Below, in pieces: positions 21,941 through 35,137 of a stretch of 64,000 nucleotides of DNA. The notes under the pieces were generated by a model. That model made no database searches, had not been told where the DNA came from, and was given only the letters and a program-made list of their open reading frames with translations. A program made the position numbers and the translations under genes. The stretch lies in assembly GCA_030704615.1 (NCBI GenBank), contig CM060731.1:42408001-42472000 (forward strand), in the 5' to 3' direction. Within the stretch, counting starts at the first letter, position 1, and the number at the start of each line of letters is the position of its first letter. The DNA is from Takakia lepidozioides. Its lineage: Eukaryota > Plantae > Bryophyta.

Positions 21941-24900
21941 TCAACGCTTCTTCCGCTTTTGAGGTCGCCCTTCGAAAACTGCAACGCCTCCCTCAGATGC
22001 GTTTCCCATTTCTGAGGCACGCACCCAAGATGCCTCCACATGATGATAGCCCTTCCATTTGACGAGATACTCCGTTTCTCGGTTCTTGAACCTCTTCGCG
22101 ACTAAGTACTGCCTCCACCTCGTACTCAGGTTCATTTTCATGATCCAATAGCACAGGTGGCGGACGCAACACTTGATGCTGATTCGGACGCGCTTCATCT
22201 TTGAAGTAAGGGCTTCAAAAGGAGACGTGAAATACTGGATGCACCTTGCTGTTTGCCGGCAGCTCCAATTCATACACATCCTCATTCATAACCTTCCGGA
22301 TGTGAAGAGGGTCCCGCAACGGAGGTACGAATTTTGACTCACTTCCGGAGGTAGTCGGAAATTCTTGATATTCAACCAGACCTCCGTGCCTGCCTCAAAC
22401 TTCACTTCCCTCCGCTTCTGATTCGCCTGCCTTTCATACCGTTTCCTCGCTTGGCAATGTTGTATTTGCGAGCTTCAACAAACGCTCGCGTTCTTCCAGT
22501 ACCGCCGCTACTGCCGGTTCTCAACGTCCTGGCGGCCCAACTTGTCGGCACCAGAGGTGCTTTTCCATAGACCAATACGAAAGGGGAAACTCCCGTTGCG
22601 GAGTGTTCTGTGTTATTATAACAGAACTCTACCGCGTCTAAGTGTTCCACCCAGTCTGATTGGTCTGCCGACACGTAATTCCGCAAGATCTGCTTCACTA
22701 CGGGATTCACTCTTTCGTTTGGCCGTCGGTCGTAGGTCGGAAGGCAGTGCTCATCTTCAGCCTCGTCCCCATCTTCTTCCAAAGTGTCTCCAAAATTTAC
22801 TCGTAAACTTTGGATCGCGGTCCGAGATAATATCCTTCGGGACTCCATGATGTTTTTAAGACGTGGCACAAGTAAAGTCGCCCTGTCTCTTGCACCGTTG
22901 CCATCTCCTTGGTGGGGATGAGATGGCCCATTTTACTGAACCTATCCACCACCACCATGATTGCATCGAATCCTTTGACAACGCATAGCATAGTAGTCAT
23001 GAAATCCATCGAGACGCTTTCCCAAGTCCCCTCTGGAATCGGCAAGGGTGTAACAGCCCGCTTGTTTTGTACTCGCTCCGGTTTTGTTGGCATGTGGTGC
23101 ATGTCTTGACATACTCCTCCGCTCCTCCCTCAGTTTGGGCCAAGAAATACTCTTTCTTCAAGAGCAGTGCGCTTGCTCCGCCGTGGCCCGCAAGCGGGCT
23201 ATCATGGCATTCTCTCAAGAGGACTATCTCTGATCCCTCCCTTCGGCAGTAGAGACGCTTTTGCTTATACCGGAGCAGTATATTTGCACAGTGGAATTGC
23301 GATATTAAACCCCCTCTCAAGTCCTGCATCACGGACTTCGCCAGCTCATCCTTTTGGCAAGCCTTCCGGATCTTCCTTTGGAGCGTCGTCTCGCCCCTGT
23401 ACACCAACAGGAGCTGCTGCTTTCTACTTAAAGCATCGGCCACCACATTGTCACGTCCCGGTTTGTATTGGATATCCACGTCAAAACACGCCAAAGTATC
23501 TTGCCACCTAAGTGTTTTGGGGACAACTTGGGCTGCGTGGCAAAATACTTCACGACATTGTCCGTGAACACCTTCACTGGGGTGGAACCAACATAGTGGC
23601 GCCAAAGCTCAAGAAGTGCACCACCGCCTTCATCTCTTTTTCGTGCGTCGGCCACCGTCGCTCCACTTCGTTCAGTTTCTTACTTTCGTAAGTCACTGGA
23701 CGTCCATCTTGCATCAGTACACCCCCAATCACAAAGTCCAACGAATCTGTATGAATCTCGAACGGCCGATCGAACTCCGGGATTTTCAAGACTGGAGCTT
23801 CCGCCATCCGCTGCTTCAATTCAGCAAAAGCTTGGCCACAAAAGGTGTTCCATACCCAGACTTGGATTTACACAGAAGGTTAACAACGGCCCCGCGATCT
23901 TGGCAAAATTTCTCACATACTTCCGGTAATAGGAGGCGAGTCATAGGAAGGATCGCACTCCGGGGACCGAAGTCGGGGCTCCAGTCCAAGATCGCCCTCA
24001 CCTTTCTGTCATCCATTTTGATCCCATCTGTGTAATCACATGCCCCAGGAACTCCACTTTTGTGACCCCGAATTCGCACTTTGAAGCTTTGGCATACAGC
24101 TTCCCTTCTCGCAATTTCTGGAACACCCTTTTGAGGTGCTCAAGGTGCTCCTCCTTTGTTCGAATACACCAAGATGTCGTCGATGTACACGATCACAAAG
24201 TCATCCAACCACTCCTGGGAAAGGCTGTTCATCAGGTGCTAAAGGTCGCGGGTGCATTGGTGAGCCCAAAAGGCATCACCAAGAACTCATATGAACCATA
24301 CCTTGTCTGCACGCGGTCTTCTCCTCATCTCCTTCCGCCACTCGAATTTGATGAGATAGCCGGAGAGCAGATCGATCGGCTGAAATACTTCGCTCCTGCC
24401 AACCGATTGAAAAGGTCGTCGATCCTTGGCAAAGGATACCGGTTTTGATAGTCACCTTATTCAAAGCCCTGTAATCGACACACATCCGTAGCGTCCCATC
24501 CTTCTTGTCTGCGAATAGCACCGGGGCTCCGTAAGGTGACTTACTCGGCCGGATGTACCCCTTTGACATTAGATCTTTGAGCTGAGTCTTCAGCTCGACC
24601 AACTCTCTGTGGCTCACCGGTAGGGCGCCTTGGCAGGCGGTTCCGATCCCGGTATCACCTCAATCTTGTGGTCAACTCCTCTTCGCGGTGGCAGCCGCTT
24701 GGTAAATCCTCCGGCATCACATCCTGGTATCTCTCCAAAATCCCCTTGATCCAATCTGGGCTCGGCTCCCCATCGCCTTCTCCCTTCCTTCTCTAATGTA
24801 AAGCAAAAACTGGGGCTCATGTGCCTCCTCCACGGCCCACTCCCTTGCTGACAGAAGGTTTATTCGCCCTCCCACGGGTTGGGCGTTTCCAATATTCGTA

Positions 24901-26460
24901 AGACTTCGCCACCATCCCCACATGGTAGCGTGACTACTCTTTTGCGGCCATCTATGACCGCTCCGGATTTGCTCAAAAAGGTCATCCCAAAATGAGATCC
25001 ACTCTTCGATCTCGCAAATGGTGAAGTTCTCACGTCCTTCCCATTTCCCCAGTTGAAGAGGACATCGAACACCAACTCGTCGCCCAATGCGGTTCTCCTT
25101 GGCAGAAACGCACCTCAATAGAGGCCCCGTCACTTGTCGGGAGTCCCAGCTTTTGTGCCGTTGCCGGTGTCATGAAGGAGTGCGACGCTCCTGTGTCCAC
25201 CAACAATGACAACGTTAGTTCCGGATATTATCCCATCCACGAACAATAACTGACTCCCTTTAGTAAGGCGCCAGTTTGATACAATTCACAAGAAAATTGC
25301 CTACCTTGCAAGTCCTGGCGACCACCACTTCCCAAGCGACTGATGGTATATTCCGACAGCTCTGTGGTCGACCGAGCATGTTCAATTGCCGGGGCTTCGT
25401 GCACTTCTTGGCCATGTGCCCGGGCTCCCGCAATTGAAACACACTCCATCAAAGGTAGCCTTCTGTCCGCCATAGCCGCTCCACCCGCTTTTCCTTTTGA
25501 AAGCACCGGGGGCCGCCTTGACTTGTGAAGGCCCTCCCTTCGATTTCCCACGTGCCATGTCGTCGCGTGGCTATCCCACTTCTTTTCCGGTCGGAAGGAA
25601 TCACCTTCCGCTGGGGTCTTTGTGGTTCAGCTCCGTACGGCCTTGTCTTTCACCCCTAGGGACACCGAGAAACATTCAGCCTCTCAATTGCATCATTCAA
25701 AGTCTTAGGTGGCTTCTCTCCACTTCTGCCTAGCACATGGGGCCAGTCCCAAAGTGAAGAAAATTTCTGGCCTCCCAGTTTTGTTCAGACATGTGCGTCG
25801 AGCAACAGCACATTGGAACCTGGACGGAGACATATCACCATGAATGTCATCTGTTTTGCTTCAAATTCCTCATCTTGTCCGGGCAAGCCAGAGGACGCGT
25901 TGAGGGGCACAACATGCCTTTTCATCAATTCCTTGAACCCACTCCAATTCAAGGTTTCGGGCTGGACCTCGGTCGTGAAGGTGTTTCTGCCACCATTGTT
26001 GAGCATAGCCCCTCAAATAGGTGGGAGCCATTTCCACCCGGTCCTCGTCACTCAATTTGGCCGCCCGGAAGTACTGCCTAGCTCCAGGAGCCAGGTGTTG
26101 AGTGCCTTCCGATTCGGACGCCCTCGAAGTGCCGGGTTCCTTAGGCTTCACCTTAAATTTTGCCTTGTGGAAGTGGCATTAGCCGCTTTCAAACACGTCT
26201 TTCAACGTCCCGCCAAATTGCGCCAACAACCCTTACCAAAAGGCTGCCGGCATGGGAGGCATCTGTTGGTCGGGCGGAGCTCTCACGGATTCCTCGGGCT
26301 CCGACTCCTCAGATTCCTCCCGCTCTTGAGCGGCCTCGTTTTCGGAGACATGCATCGCTTCCTCAAACGGCCGCCTCGGTGACACGTCGCCCCCATCGGG
26401 CTCACCAGGATCATCATCTTTTGGGCCGTTCCGCTTTCGCTTTGGCTTGCCCGACCCCAA
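21941..26460 (-). pseudogene. gag-pol of chromovirus copy 1 (many frameshifts)
   Basis: ORF-track fragments cover gag, protease, RT, RNase H, integrase and chromodomain in Ty3/gypsy order. Confidence 0.9.
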
Positions 26461-26508
26461 GGCCAATCCAAGGACGATCACGTACTGAACTCTAAGCTCT
26501 GATACAAG

Positions 26509-27244
26509 TGTCGCGCACCTCACTTCGGTAAGCTCCCCTTCAGGTCATAGTTGCTAGCTTGATGCGCGCACCTAACTCCCAACCTGGCCGCCGGACCAAC
26601 TTGGAGCTTCGGCTGTCACCGGGGCATAACGGTCCCCTTTGAACTCCCAAAAGAACCCTCCACCGATTTGGAAACCAGCGGGAATTCCCTTTGGTAGTTG
26701 GCAGTCCGGAAACAACTCCCCACTCTTTGGTCGATTTCCGGCTCGCTCGCTACTCACTAGTTTTTTGGTCACCAACGGGCTTGCACCGTTTCTCGGGGTT
26801 ACTACCCCTATATATACTTCTGTAGCTGTCCGCGGGGGTTTCACAACCAGCCATGCCATTTTATGGCGAACCACCACGAAAACCCTCGACTCCCGGTGAT
26901 GAGTCGCGGTGAGTCTTGGCCCACTCACCACGGCCCTATGGACCGTGATGAGTCCCAAGACTCCCCACGACTCCCACCACGAGGTCTCGCCCCCATGGTG
27001 AGTCCTATGCCACCCCACTAAGTCACGCTAAGCTACCACAACCACCCTTGTGGAGCACACCCCCACCGCAACCCGGTGGCGGGGCTCCACTAGTGAGCGC
27101 CTCCGCCTCCTTGAGTGCCTTGGGCACTCAAGGGTGCTTCAGCCCCCATACTCATGCTGACTTGGGTGGCTGCCGCTGCCCCCACCACAGGGGCAGCCCC
27201 TCAGTGTCCCGACCCCCTGCCCTCAGGCAAAGGGCGTCGTGACA
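26509..27244 (-). repeat. 5' LTR of chromovirus copy 1
   Basis: Adjacent to the primer-binding site; direct repeat of 20322-21040. Confidence 0.95.
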
Positions 27245-27519
27245 TTTATGGTGTCATTGACCAATAAACATAGGCTGGGTGGTTATGCTCTTGGTATGTA
27301 GCTGACCAAATAATACAGATGCTGACGATTTGACATGTCCCCATGTCACTGAATGGCACTTATTTAGACACTAAGGCTGAACAACGGTTTCCTGCTTCCA
27401 CATGAACAGTGGTTAATCGAGTCCAATTTTTCCCACCCCCAGTCCCCCCCGTCCACTTTGAAGTCTGGGTAATGTGTCATAAAGCGACTTGTGAAGGAGA
27501 GACAGTCGATAATGAGGCC

Positions 27520-28345
27520 GATTTGTCGTTCGTTTTTACAATGACCTTGTCAGGTCTTTCATGTCTCGACAGACATAAGTATCTTCCCTCTCTGATTTAG
27601 ACCAGTTGTACTTGGTGGTTCTTGTACACATTATAACCAATCTCCCTTCTGTTTTTCAGTTTTATGTTTGATTACTACCCACTGCGATTTTTGAGACGAC
27701 AACAGAGTGGATTCACAGTATGTTCCTGACATGGACATGTTAGACCCAAGGTCTCCAATGGCAAAGAGTGCAGCACACAGACACGCAAATGACCTGATTA
27801 GTGCGACAACTCCTCTCCGTTCCATGACCACGGTGGGAGCAAAGGAAGTCCTACTACTAAATAGTGCTGATTAGGTGTGCTGCACACAAAGCAAGGCTTG
27901 GGAAAAGGTGCGAGGTCTACAATGTATGAGGATATAATTAAGCAATCGCTGCTCTCTGCTGTGCTGAGTCACAGGGTGTCCACATCAAAGCAATACCTCA
28001 CCTCAGGATAAGATCTTCTCCGCAAAAATTGTTGGCTAATTGGCATGGCGAGTAGTAAGGCATCTCAAAGGTACTGAGATAGCATAGAACATCTAAGGGC
28101 TTATGAATGCTGAAATTTGAGCTAGGCCTCGGTTAAGTTAAGGACAGCTTGTGTGGAGTAGACGTGTACAACTAATACATGATCCGGTTACTCTTGTTTG
28201 CCGGTCCCCTGTAGCCGATGCCTTATGTCAGATTTAGATACCTTACGATAAGAATGAGTTCCATTCTTTGTGCTCTCAAATGTTTCTATGTTTTCTCCTG
28301 GTTATGGCTGTGCTCTGTATAGCACCATAAAAAAATACCCAATAG
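27520..28345 (+). repeat. Diverged partial copy of the 3 kb family, same orientation as the array
   Basis: ACAATGACC..TATCTTCCCTCTCT..TTGTACAC and TACATGATCCGGT..TGTAGCCGATGCCTTAT..GATACCTTA match about 48490-49070. Confidence 0.8.
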
Positions 28346-28544
28346 ATATCTTTGTGGCGGTTGGAGGAGTCTGGCTTGACCATGTTACCATTGTCTTGAA
28401 TTGTGTTTATGAATATAACCAGGGGGTGGGTAAACCCCTACCAGATTCATTGACCTAAGTCTCCCAATACCTGGCCCCTTGGTTTGTACACAGTTTTTAC
28501 CAAAACAAGGTGGTGGGTACTTAACACTAAAAGTTGGATATAAG

Positions 28545-29190
28545 GTGAGCATTTGCAATGCTGGTGCAAGCCTGGCAGGCCCTGGAAAGGGCAAAGATGT
28601 CCATGATGGGTGGAAGGGGGGACAGCCGGACATTCACGAAGTCACAGTTTGTGTGCATTTGCTATATGCGTGTGCAAGCCATATTCTTTGTGTTCTCAAT
28701 GTTGGTGCTAGCATGGTGACCCTGAGCCTTAACGAAGTGAAGAAGCGTATCATGCTAACATTATCCAAAGTAAGACCAATTTTAGTTCATAATTACAGTT
28801 CTGAGTGGGGAGATTCTGCCCTTGTTAACATGTATGCCAAATATGGGAGTGTAAGGGAGGCAGTATGCTATGTGTTCAAACAATATGGTGGCAGGATCAT
28901 ACCAAGCATGGTTGTGGCTAGGCAATGCCTTCGAGACATATGATCAAACTGATACAACAAGGTTGGTGATGCCCGATCAGGTCACATTTGTTTGCATTCT
29001 CAAGGCTACTTGGCGAGACTGGCCAGCCTGGAAAACGGCAAAGAGGTCCATGCTGAAATATGAAAGCTGGAGTTTGTGACAAAATCTGATTTTGAACAAT
29101 AGCCTTGTTGACATGTATGCGAAATGTGGGAGCATGAAGGTTGCAAGAGAGTATTTGACAACATGGCTGAACGGGATGTGGTGTCGGGTA
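28545..29190 (+). pseudogene. PLS-class pentatricopeptide repeat (PPR) gene fragment
   Basis: SALVNMYAKYGSVREA, PDQVTFVCILKA and NSLVDMYAKCGSMKVARE lie in shifting frames. Confidence 0.8.
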
Positions 29191-29269
29191 CGAAGAAAGA
29201 GCCTTTACCTTTGCCATTCACAGAAAGCGGTAGCGGGGTTATGGACCACTGTGGCATTGGCCATGAGAG

Positions 29270-29670
29270 TACTCATTAATGGATGGCTTCAGTGGTGATA
29301 ATCAAGTGCAAGTGGCAGAGAAGGACCAGGGAAAGACAGCTTTCATCACAGACTGGGGTGCTTATGCAACAAAGTATGACTTTGGACTTTGTAATGCACC
29401 AACAACCTTTCAGAGAGTGATAAGTGAATCTTTTCATGAGCATCTGGATGATTTCCTGCAGCTGTTCTTGGATGATTTCAGTGTGTACAGCTCTAAGAAT
29501 GAGCACTTGCCTAAATTGGAGTTATGTTTGGCCAGATTCAGGAGGAGAGGTCTGGGCCTGAATCCAGAGAAGTGTACTTTCTATGTGAACTCAGGGGATG
29601 CTTTTGGGACAATTGTGTGTAACGGGGGGACTTCTTGTGGATCCAGAAAGACAGAGGCCATTAAAGCCTC
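29270..29670 (+). mobile_element. Ty3/gypsy reverse transcriptase fragment
   Basis: DGFSG.NQV..KTAFITDWG..FGLCNAPTTFQR..FLDDFSVYS..LNPEKC. Confidence 0.9.
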
Positions 29671-29777
29671 TCACCACCAGTTCAATCGTTACTAGCAGTG
29701 CTAGTTACGTGAGATTTCGTATGGTACGGTCTTCAAAACAGCGTTATTACAGCAGAAGATTGTCAGACGGTCTTTAC

Positions 29778-30277
29778 NNNNNNNNNNNNNNNNNNNNNNN
29801 NNNNNNNNNNNNNNNNNNNNNNNNNNNNNNNNNNNNNNNNNNNNNNNNNNNNNNNNNNNNNNNNNNNNNNNNNNNNNNNNNNNNNNNNNNNNNNNNNNNN
29901 NNNNNNNNNNNNNNNNNNNNNNNNNNNNNNNNNNNNNNNNNNNNNNNNNNNNNNNNNNNNNNNNNNNNNNNNNNNNNNNNNNNNNNNNNNNNNNNNNNNN
30001 NNNNNNNNNNNNNNNNNNNNNNNNNNNNNNNNNNNNNNNNNNNNNNNNNNNNNNNNNNNNNNNNNNNNNNNNNNNNNNNNNNNNNNNNNNNNNNNNNNNN
30101 NNNNNNNNNNNNNNNNNNNNNNNNNNNNNNNNNNNNNNNNNNNNNNNNNNNNNNNNNNNNNNNNNNNNNNNNNNNNNNNNNNNNNNNNNNNNNNNNNNNN
30201 NNNNNNNNNNNNNNNNNNNNNNNNNNNNNNNNNNNNNNNNNNNNNNNNNNNNNNNNNNNNNNNNNNNNNNNNNNNNN
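29778..30277. other. Assembly gap (500 N)
   Basis: Run of exactly 500 N; true size unknown. Confidence 1.
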
Positions 30278-30299
30278 CCTCGCCTGACGGCTTGCCTCC

Positions 30300-31110
30300 C
30301 CACGTTGTGAATCCAACTCCACCTCTGCACCTCGTGGCTCAGGAACTCGTGCTGCTCCTCGAGTCACGGCTGCAGCAGACTCCACCTGCTCTAGTGGTAG
30401 TGCTGCTCCGCACATGAATCCCATGCCGCCATATCTTCTCCCTCAGGAGCAGGAGGTGGGCCATCCCGCCTGGGAGCCGGTACCGCCTGAGCTATAGCCA
30501 TGGCAGCGAGCCTCTGCTCTAGCTGCTGAAGCGATTGGCCATGCCTTGGTCAACACCCTGACCTCCGCGTCCTTGGCCATGTGGAGCTTGCCCTTGGCCT
30601 GCACCTCGTGCCCGACCACCTCGTCCTCTTTGGGCTGGTCCACCTCGCCCCCGGCCACCATTGTTCCCTTGGAACTGGCCTGGGCGCAACTCAGGATGCA
30701 AGTCATAACATTGGGCATCTCCATGCCCATACTTGCCACAATGCCCACACTGCAACTGTGCAGGCTGTGCTTGTGCCGGCCTTCTGCCAGTCTCTGGGCA
30801 ATCTCTTTTGACATGGGGTCCTCCACATGTCCAACATATCACCCCTGGTTGCTGTTGGCCTGCAAAAGATGCCACGGGCCTCTGCACCTGAGGTCCCCTG
30901 TAAGCTCCATGGAACTTGGGCTGGGCAACCTTGCCCCCCTGACCACGCTGTTGGGCAGTCCCTTGTCCCTTGTGCCTGAGGGTGGCGGTGAAGGTGGTCT
31001 GAACCGAATACCTCGTCTTGTGAACCCACTCTCACTGTTACTGCCTGTAGCCGTCCTCCCCTCAAAACCCTTGGGTAACTCCGTAATGACACTCACAATA
31101 TGCACCTCCT
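30300..31110 (-). pseudogene. gag nucleocapsid region with two zinc knuckles and an RGG-rich tail
   Basis: ORF 30519-30887: CX2CX3HX4C, CX2CX4HX4C, then GGRGRGG repeats. Confidence 0.8.
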
Positions 31111-31739
31111 CCACGTGACACTATAAGGCTCTAGTACTAATCTAATAGTGACACGGGTGGGCACCTGTTGCAGTCTAAGGGTCATATCCCAATGGCTCAG
31201 GGCACCTGCACCTGCATCCACCGCAAGACCTCCTATGGTTGGCTGGTCATCAACCCAGCCTCACCATAGAAGAAACACTGGTGGTCTTGCTGGTCATCAC
31301 TCCAGCCTCACCACCGACAGCATACTCTAGGATTGACCGGTGATCAAATCCGGCCTAATCCCTATGAAAGCAAGCGCCCACACAAAACCAACATGGCGCA
31401 CAGTCAAGCATGCAGGTGTTGGGGGGGATCCAAACACAAGATCCCCACACCAAAATCCAGCTGCAATGCTGATCCTGCAGAATATCCCAGCCCAAAACCC
31501 TGGACTGACTGGCCTCCACCAAGAGAGGCTTTGGCAACTACGAGTACAAGATAATGAAAATAGTACAGAGATGGAGGGGAAGAATAGAAGCCCGCCCAAG
31601 CAAGATCTAATCCTGATCTATGCTATCAACTTCCAGACTTCTCTCAAAGTGCCTCGCTCTGCGTGATGGTAAGGTGTAGGAGGTATATCTATGTCCAGAA
31701 ACCTGCCACTAACCTTGTCCCAAGCTACAGTAGCTCGCT

Positions 31740-32453
31740 CTACCAACCCTCCTCCTCTTTCTGCCAGGTAGAGACAAAGCAATACTCCCCTATCTCCCGC
31801 TCACTGAACACTAAAGAAAACAAAGGTAGGGTCTGATAGTCTCTCAACTCGAAAGCTTTGAGACGGTTGCGGGTGTCTTCATTGCGAATGACTGCATCTC
31901 CTTCACGCACAATAAACATGTCATTGCTGATGAACCCCCGCTCGTGATTGCCCTGTGCAGAGCGTATCCGGCTGCAACCATATCTGATTGCACAAACTTG
32001 TGTAGCTCCTGCTCCTCTGCTCCAGTACACCACGGCCTTGTGGCTGAACACCTTGGTCCCCGGAGCTGTCTTTGGCTGTGTTCCAAGCCTAGCTTTCACC
32101 CACTTTGGTATTTCACCTACAGCTGCAGAACTGCTGGCTCCAACAGAGTTCTGACTGTCCAAGGCGATATTGAGGCCCTCAATGCCAACTACAGCAGTCT
32201 GTTGTCTACTGCTAATGCCTGACTCTCAGTATGCAATCAACTCGTCCAACTGTTCTCCACTCAAATCAGTCTGAGTTCCTTGGGAAACATAGATCCTGTC
32301 CCCTTGTGTGCACAGGCTAAGACAAGAGACCTGCCCTTCAATTACGTCCTCATTTCCCCCAGCCATACAAGGAGTACATCCACAGGTTTGTCTCTCATAT
32401 AGGCCAGCACAGGTTCTAGAAACAGGATTGTGGATATTTCGTGGCACACTCAC
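31740..32453 (-). pseudogene. Upstream ORF relic of unknown function
   Basis: ORFs 32226-32453 and 31740-32162 share a frame and are separated by one stop. Confidence 0.35.
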
Positions 32454-33007
32454 ACTCTAAAAATTCCATAGATTTTTAGCAGAGTCCCCAAAACAGAAAC
32501 CAGGTCTAGATAGGTAGATTTCCCCTTTCTGCAGCTATCCCCCCAAAAACTGGGTCAACCAGAGTCCATTTGACAAAGATATGATGAATTTGGCTCCAAA
32601 TCATTCAAATTAGATTAAAAAAGGTTTTTTTTTTTTTTTTTTTTTAAAGGTTTTCAAGTTTAACAATTTAAAGTTACACCCAAAATGTCTGGTAACTGGT
32701 TCCCGGTTCCCTAAGTTCTATATGGCATCCTAGGTTCCCTGGCCACGTGCCTGCTGTTCCCCTCCATTTCATTTGAGTTCAACAGCTCACCATGCTTTGG
32801 AATCCCAACCGTCTTCTACCACAAACCATGGTGACGATGGAGGTCGTGGAGCTCATTTCCCCTTGGCAACACTTCACCTTGGCACCCTCACAAGTTTCAT
32901 TGAAGTAAAGTTGGCAAGCAAGTTCCTGCAAAGCCTGCCCCACACACCAGCTTAGCAGTGTCCAAATTGAGTGATCCCCAGCTGGGACCTTTCTTCAAGC
33001 CTGTCGG

Positions 33008-33271
33008 CTATGTGGAAACCCAGCTGCAGTGCACGGAAGTACGAGTGCCTCGACCACTCGGCAATGTGCCTGGCTTTATGGCAGATCTGTCCTCTGATCC
33101 TTGCTTACTAGCAGGGGCTCTCAAAACCCAAAAGAACTGTTGTCCACTGGCTTCGAGTCCGAGAGCTAGCTGATCAATCTGTGTGGCAGTGAGTAGGGCT
33201 ACGGTTCCAAAGGCAATATAGAGAACCGATGACGGAGGATGGCTGTTTAACCATTCTAAGCACCTTGCCAG
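33008..33271 (-). pseudogene. UDP-glycosyltransferase (GT1 family) fragment
   Basis: CLEWLNSHPPSSVLYIAFGTVALLTATQIDQLALGLEASGQQFFWVLRAP is the conserved block just before the PSPG box. The N-terminal domain and an intact PSPG box are absent. Confidence 0.88.
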
Positions 33272-35137
33272 CTGCAAGGGAAAAACCCCAACTTTCCTCC
33301 TTCCCTACCCTGCTTAGAAAGAGCAACCTAAGCTGCTGACAGTAAGAGCCTCTTTCCGAGGAAAAACCAAGACTCTTATGTCATTCAACCACTAGGGGTA
33401 CAATCCAGTTCACAATAACAGAGTCAGTAAATATCCTTCCTGACAGACTCCTTCACGTTCTACATAAAGCATATTGCCAAAGCTGCAGTCGCACCATTGT
33501 GAAGGATCTTTAAAGAACTCCAGTCAGCGCTGTTCCATGCTCCAGTGCTGACCTACATGCCAGATATTCAAAAGGGCCCCTTCTTCGACCAGATTACTAG
33601 GTGCTGGTCAAGCCAAAAGACAATTCACGGTGCATAGAATACCCGCACACAGAAACAGCGAAGTGTTATGACCTAATCTTGTTGGGATCCCTGAAGGCTT
33701 CGTAGGAGGCGTAGCTACCACTTGGAAGGGACTCTGCACTTGGGTCTTGACAAGTAGGATCCCGCTTTCAACTCCATAACCCAGTCCTTAATCTGGTCAG
33801 CAAGCAAGCAGTCAGCAAGCAAGCATCACGCATCAGTGAAAACCATAATCTGCTGCTCCATTTGAGTACATCTCTCAACCCCTCTCTACAGTCCCCCAAC
33901 ATTACCAATCACATTCTGCTCGTCCGCTGCCTCCCCAGCACCACAAGATGTGGAAGGCTTGTTCTGCACCCTCGGTTCTTGATCCAAACAAAAAACAACT
34001 GATGAGCAAAGTGTTTCCATAAAAACAACGGAACAACAGATGGGAGAGATGGTGCATCCCTGCGCCCCGCCATCCAGCGCGCTCTGCTTCTCGTTCGACC
34101 TTCACTACTCACACCATACACGAGTGCGCAACGCCGAGACCCGTCGACAGCACGTCCGGAGACTCCGCACAGGGACAAACAGCAACACAGATGCAGGCAG
34201 ACAGTTCAGTGGTCACTGCAAGACCCCATCACCAAGGACTTGGGGCCAACTTGACCAATTTCTACACTCATGCCAACCTGGTTCTTGACAAGCTACCGCT
34301 CCCGCCAAGTAAAATCATCAGCGCTACAGGTCACGGTGAATCCAACAATATGCCTGCAAGCCAGAATGGGCTACAAGCCAATGGCCCTTCTTGAGCTGCA
34401 ACACAACGGACCACACAAGTTGGGCACGACTGGCCTACTGGGTGCTCAGCCTGCCCCAGCGCTCAGGCAGCAGGCTACTAGGGCCCCTGCGCGCACCCGC
34501 CACCACAAAACAGGGATAACTACACCCTGATCATCACCAACGCCAATGTGTAAACAACAAGCGCAAACCCATGGCAACAGCAGGACTAGATGGGCTCCTG
34601 CCCCAAGATATATATTATAATAGTGTTAAAACAAACATTGTATCTAGCTTAGCACTAGAAAACTAGATAGGTTCATCTCTCTCGAGTGATAAGAAAGCTT
34701 GAAAAGACACACACTCTCAACACAAGAAATATGAAATCCCTCAACATCACTCGTTAAAACAGTACTCGAGCCAGGGGCACCCCAAGCTATGGGGACTCCA
34801 CCCCACAACAACCTACACTCCCATCATGAGTACACTCAGATCTAAACGCATGCAGGAGCTCGGTCGCGCAGGCTCAACTCGAGAGAGATGAGCCGCGCGA
34901 CTGCCGCTCTCGTGAAGATAAGACGGACTAGGTGTCAAACTAAACTTGACACCTGATTTAACACTTGACCTAAATCCAAGTGTTAAATACAAATAACTAG
35001 TTTTATGCTAGCTGTTTTCACACTGTACTTATTTAACTTGACAAAGTCTATTGATTGTTAGCATGTTTAGCATGACCCCATGTCCCATTTCATGCTTCTT
35101 GCATCATATGATCTAATATGTTCTGTCGTAATTGCAG

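Larger units (their letters stand above)
20322..27244 (-). mobile_element. Full-length but frameshifted Ty3/gypsy chromovirus, copy 1
   Basis: LTRs 20322-21040 and 26509-27244 (TG..CA). TSD TTTAT at 20317-20321 and 27245-27249. Degenerate iMet primer-binding site near 26495-26506. Gag, protease LLVDTGASHSF, RT ([16 protein letters not shown] near 24180), RNase H, integrase and chromodomain (EYLVKWKGY). Confidence 0.97.
14382..27262 (+). repeat. Duplicated block, copy 1
   Basis: Collinear high identity with 35044-45983, from AAGTCTATTGATTG to just past the chromovirus TSD. Confidence 0.95.
30278..35043 (-). mobile_element. 5' portion of a second LTR retrotransposon (LTR, long leader, upstream ORF, gag), truncated by the gap
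   Basis: Candidate LTR 34624-35043 (TGTTAA..TTGACA) ends exactly where homology to copy 1 begins. Gag zinc knuckles CWTCGGPHVKRDC and CGHCGKYGHGDAQC at about 30700-30840. Continuity of the whole span as one element is inferred. Confidence 0.6.

Noticed and set aside
29598-30424. Long ORFs spanning the N run
   Set aside because: Artefacts of translating through the gap.
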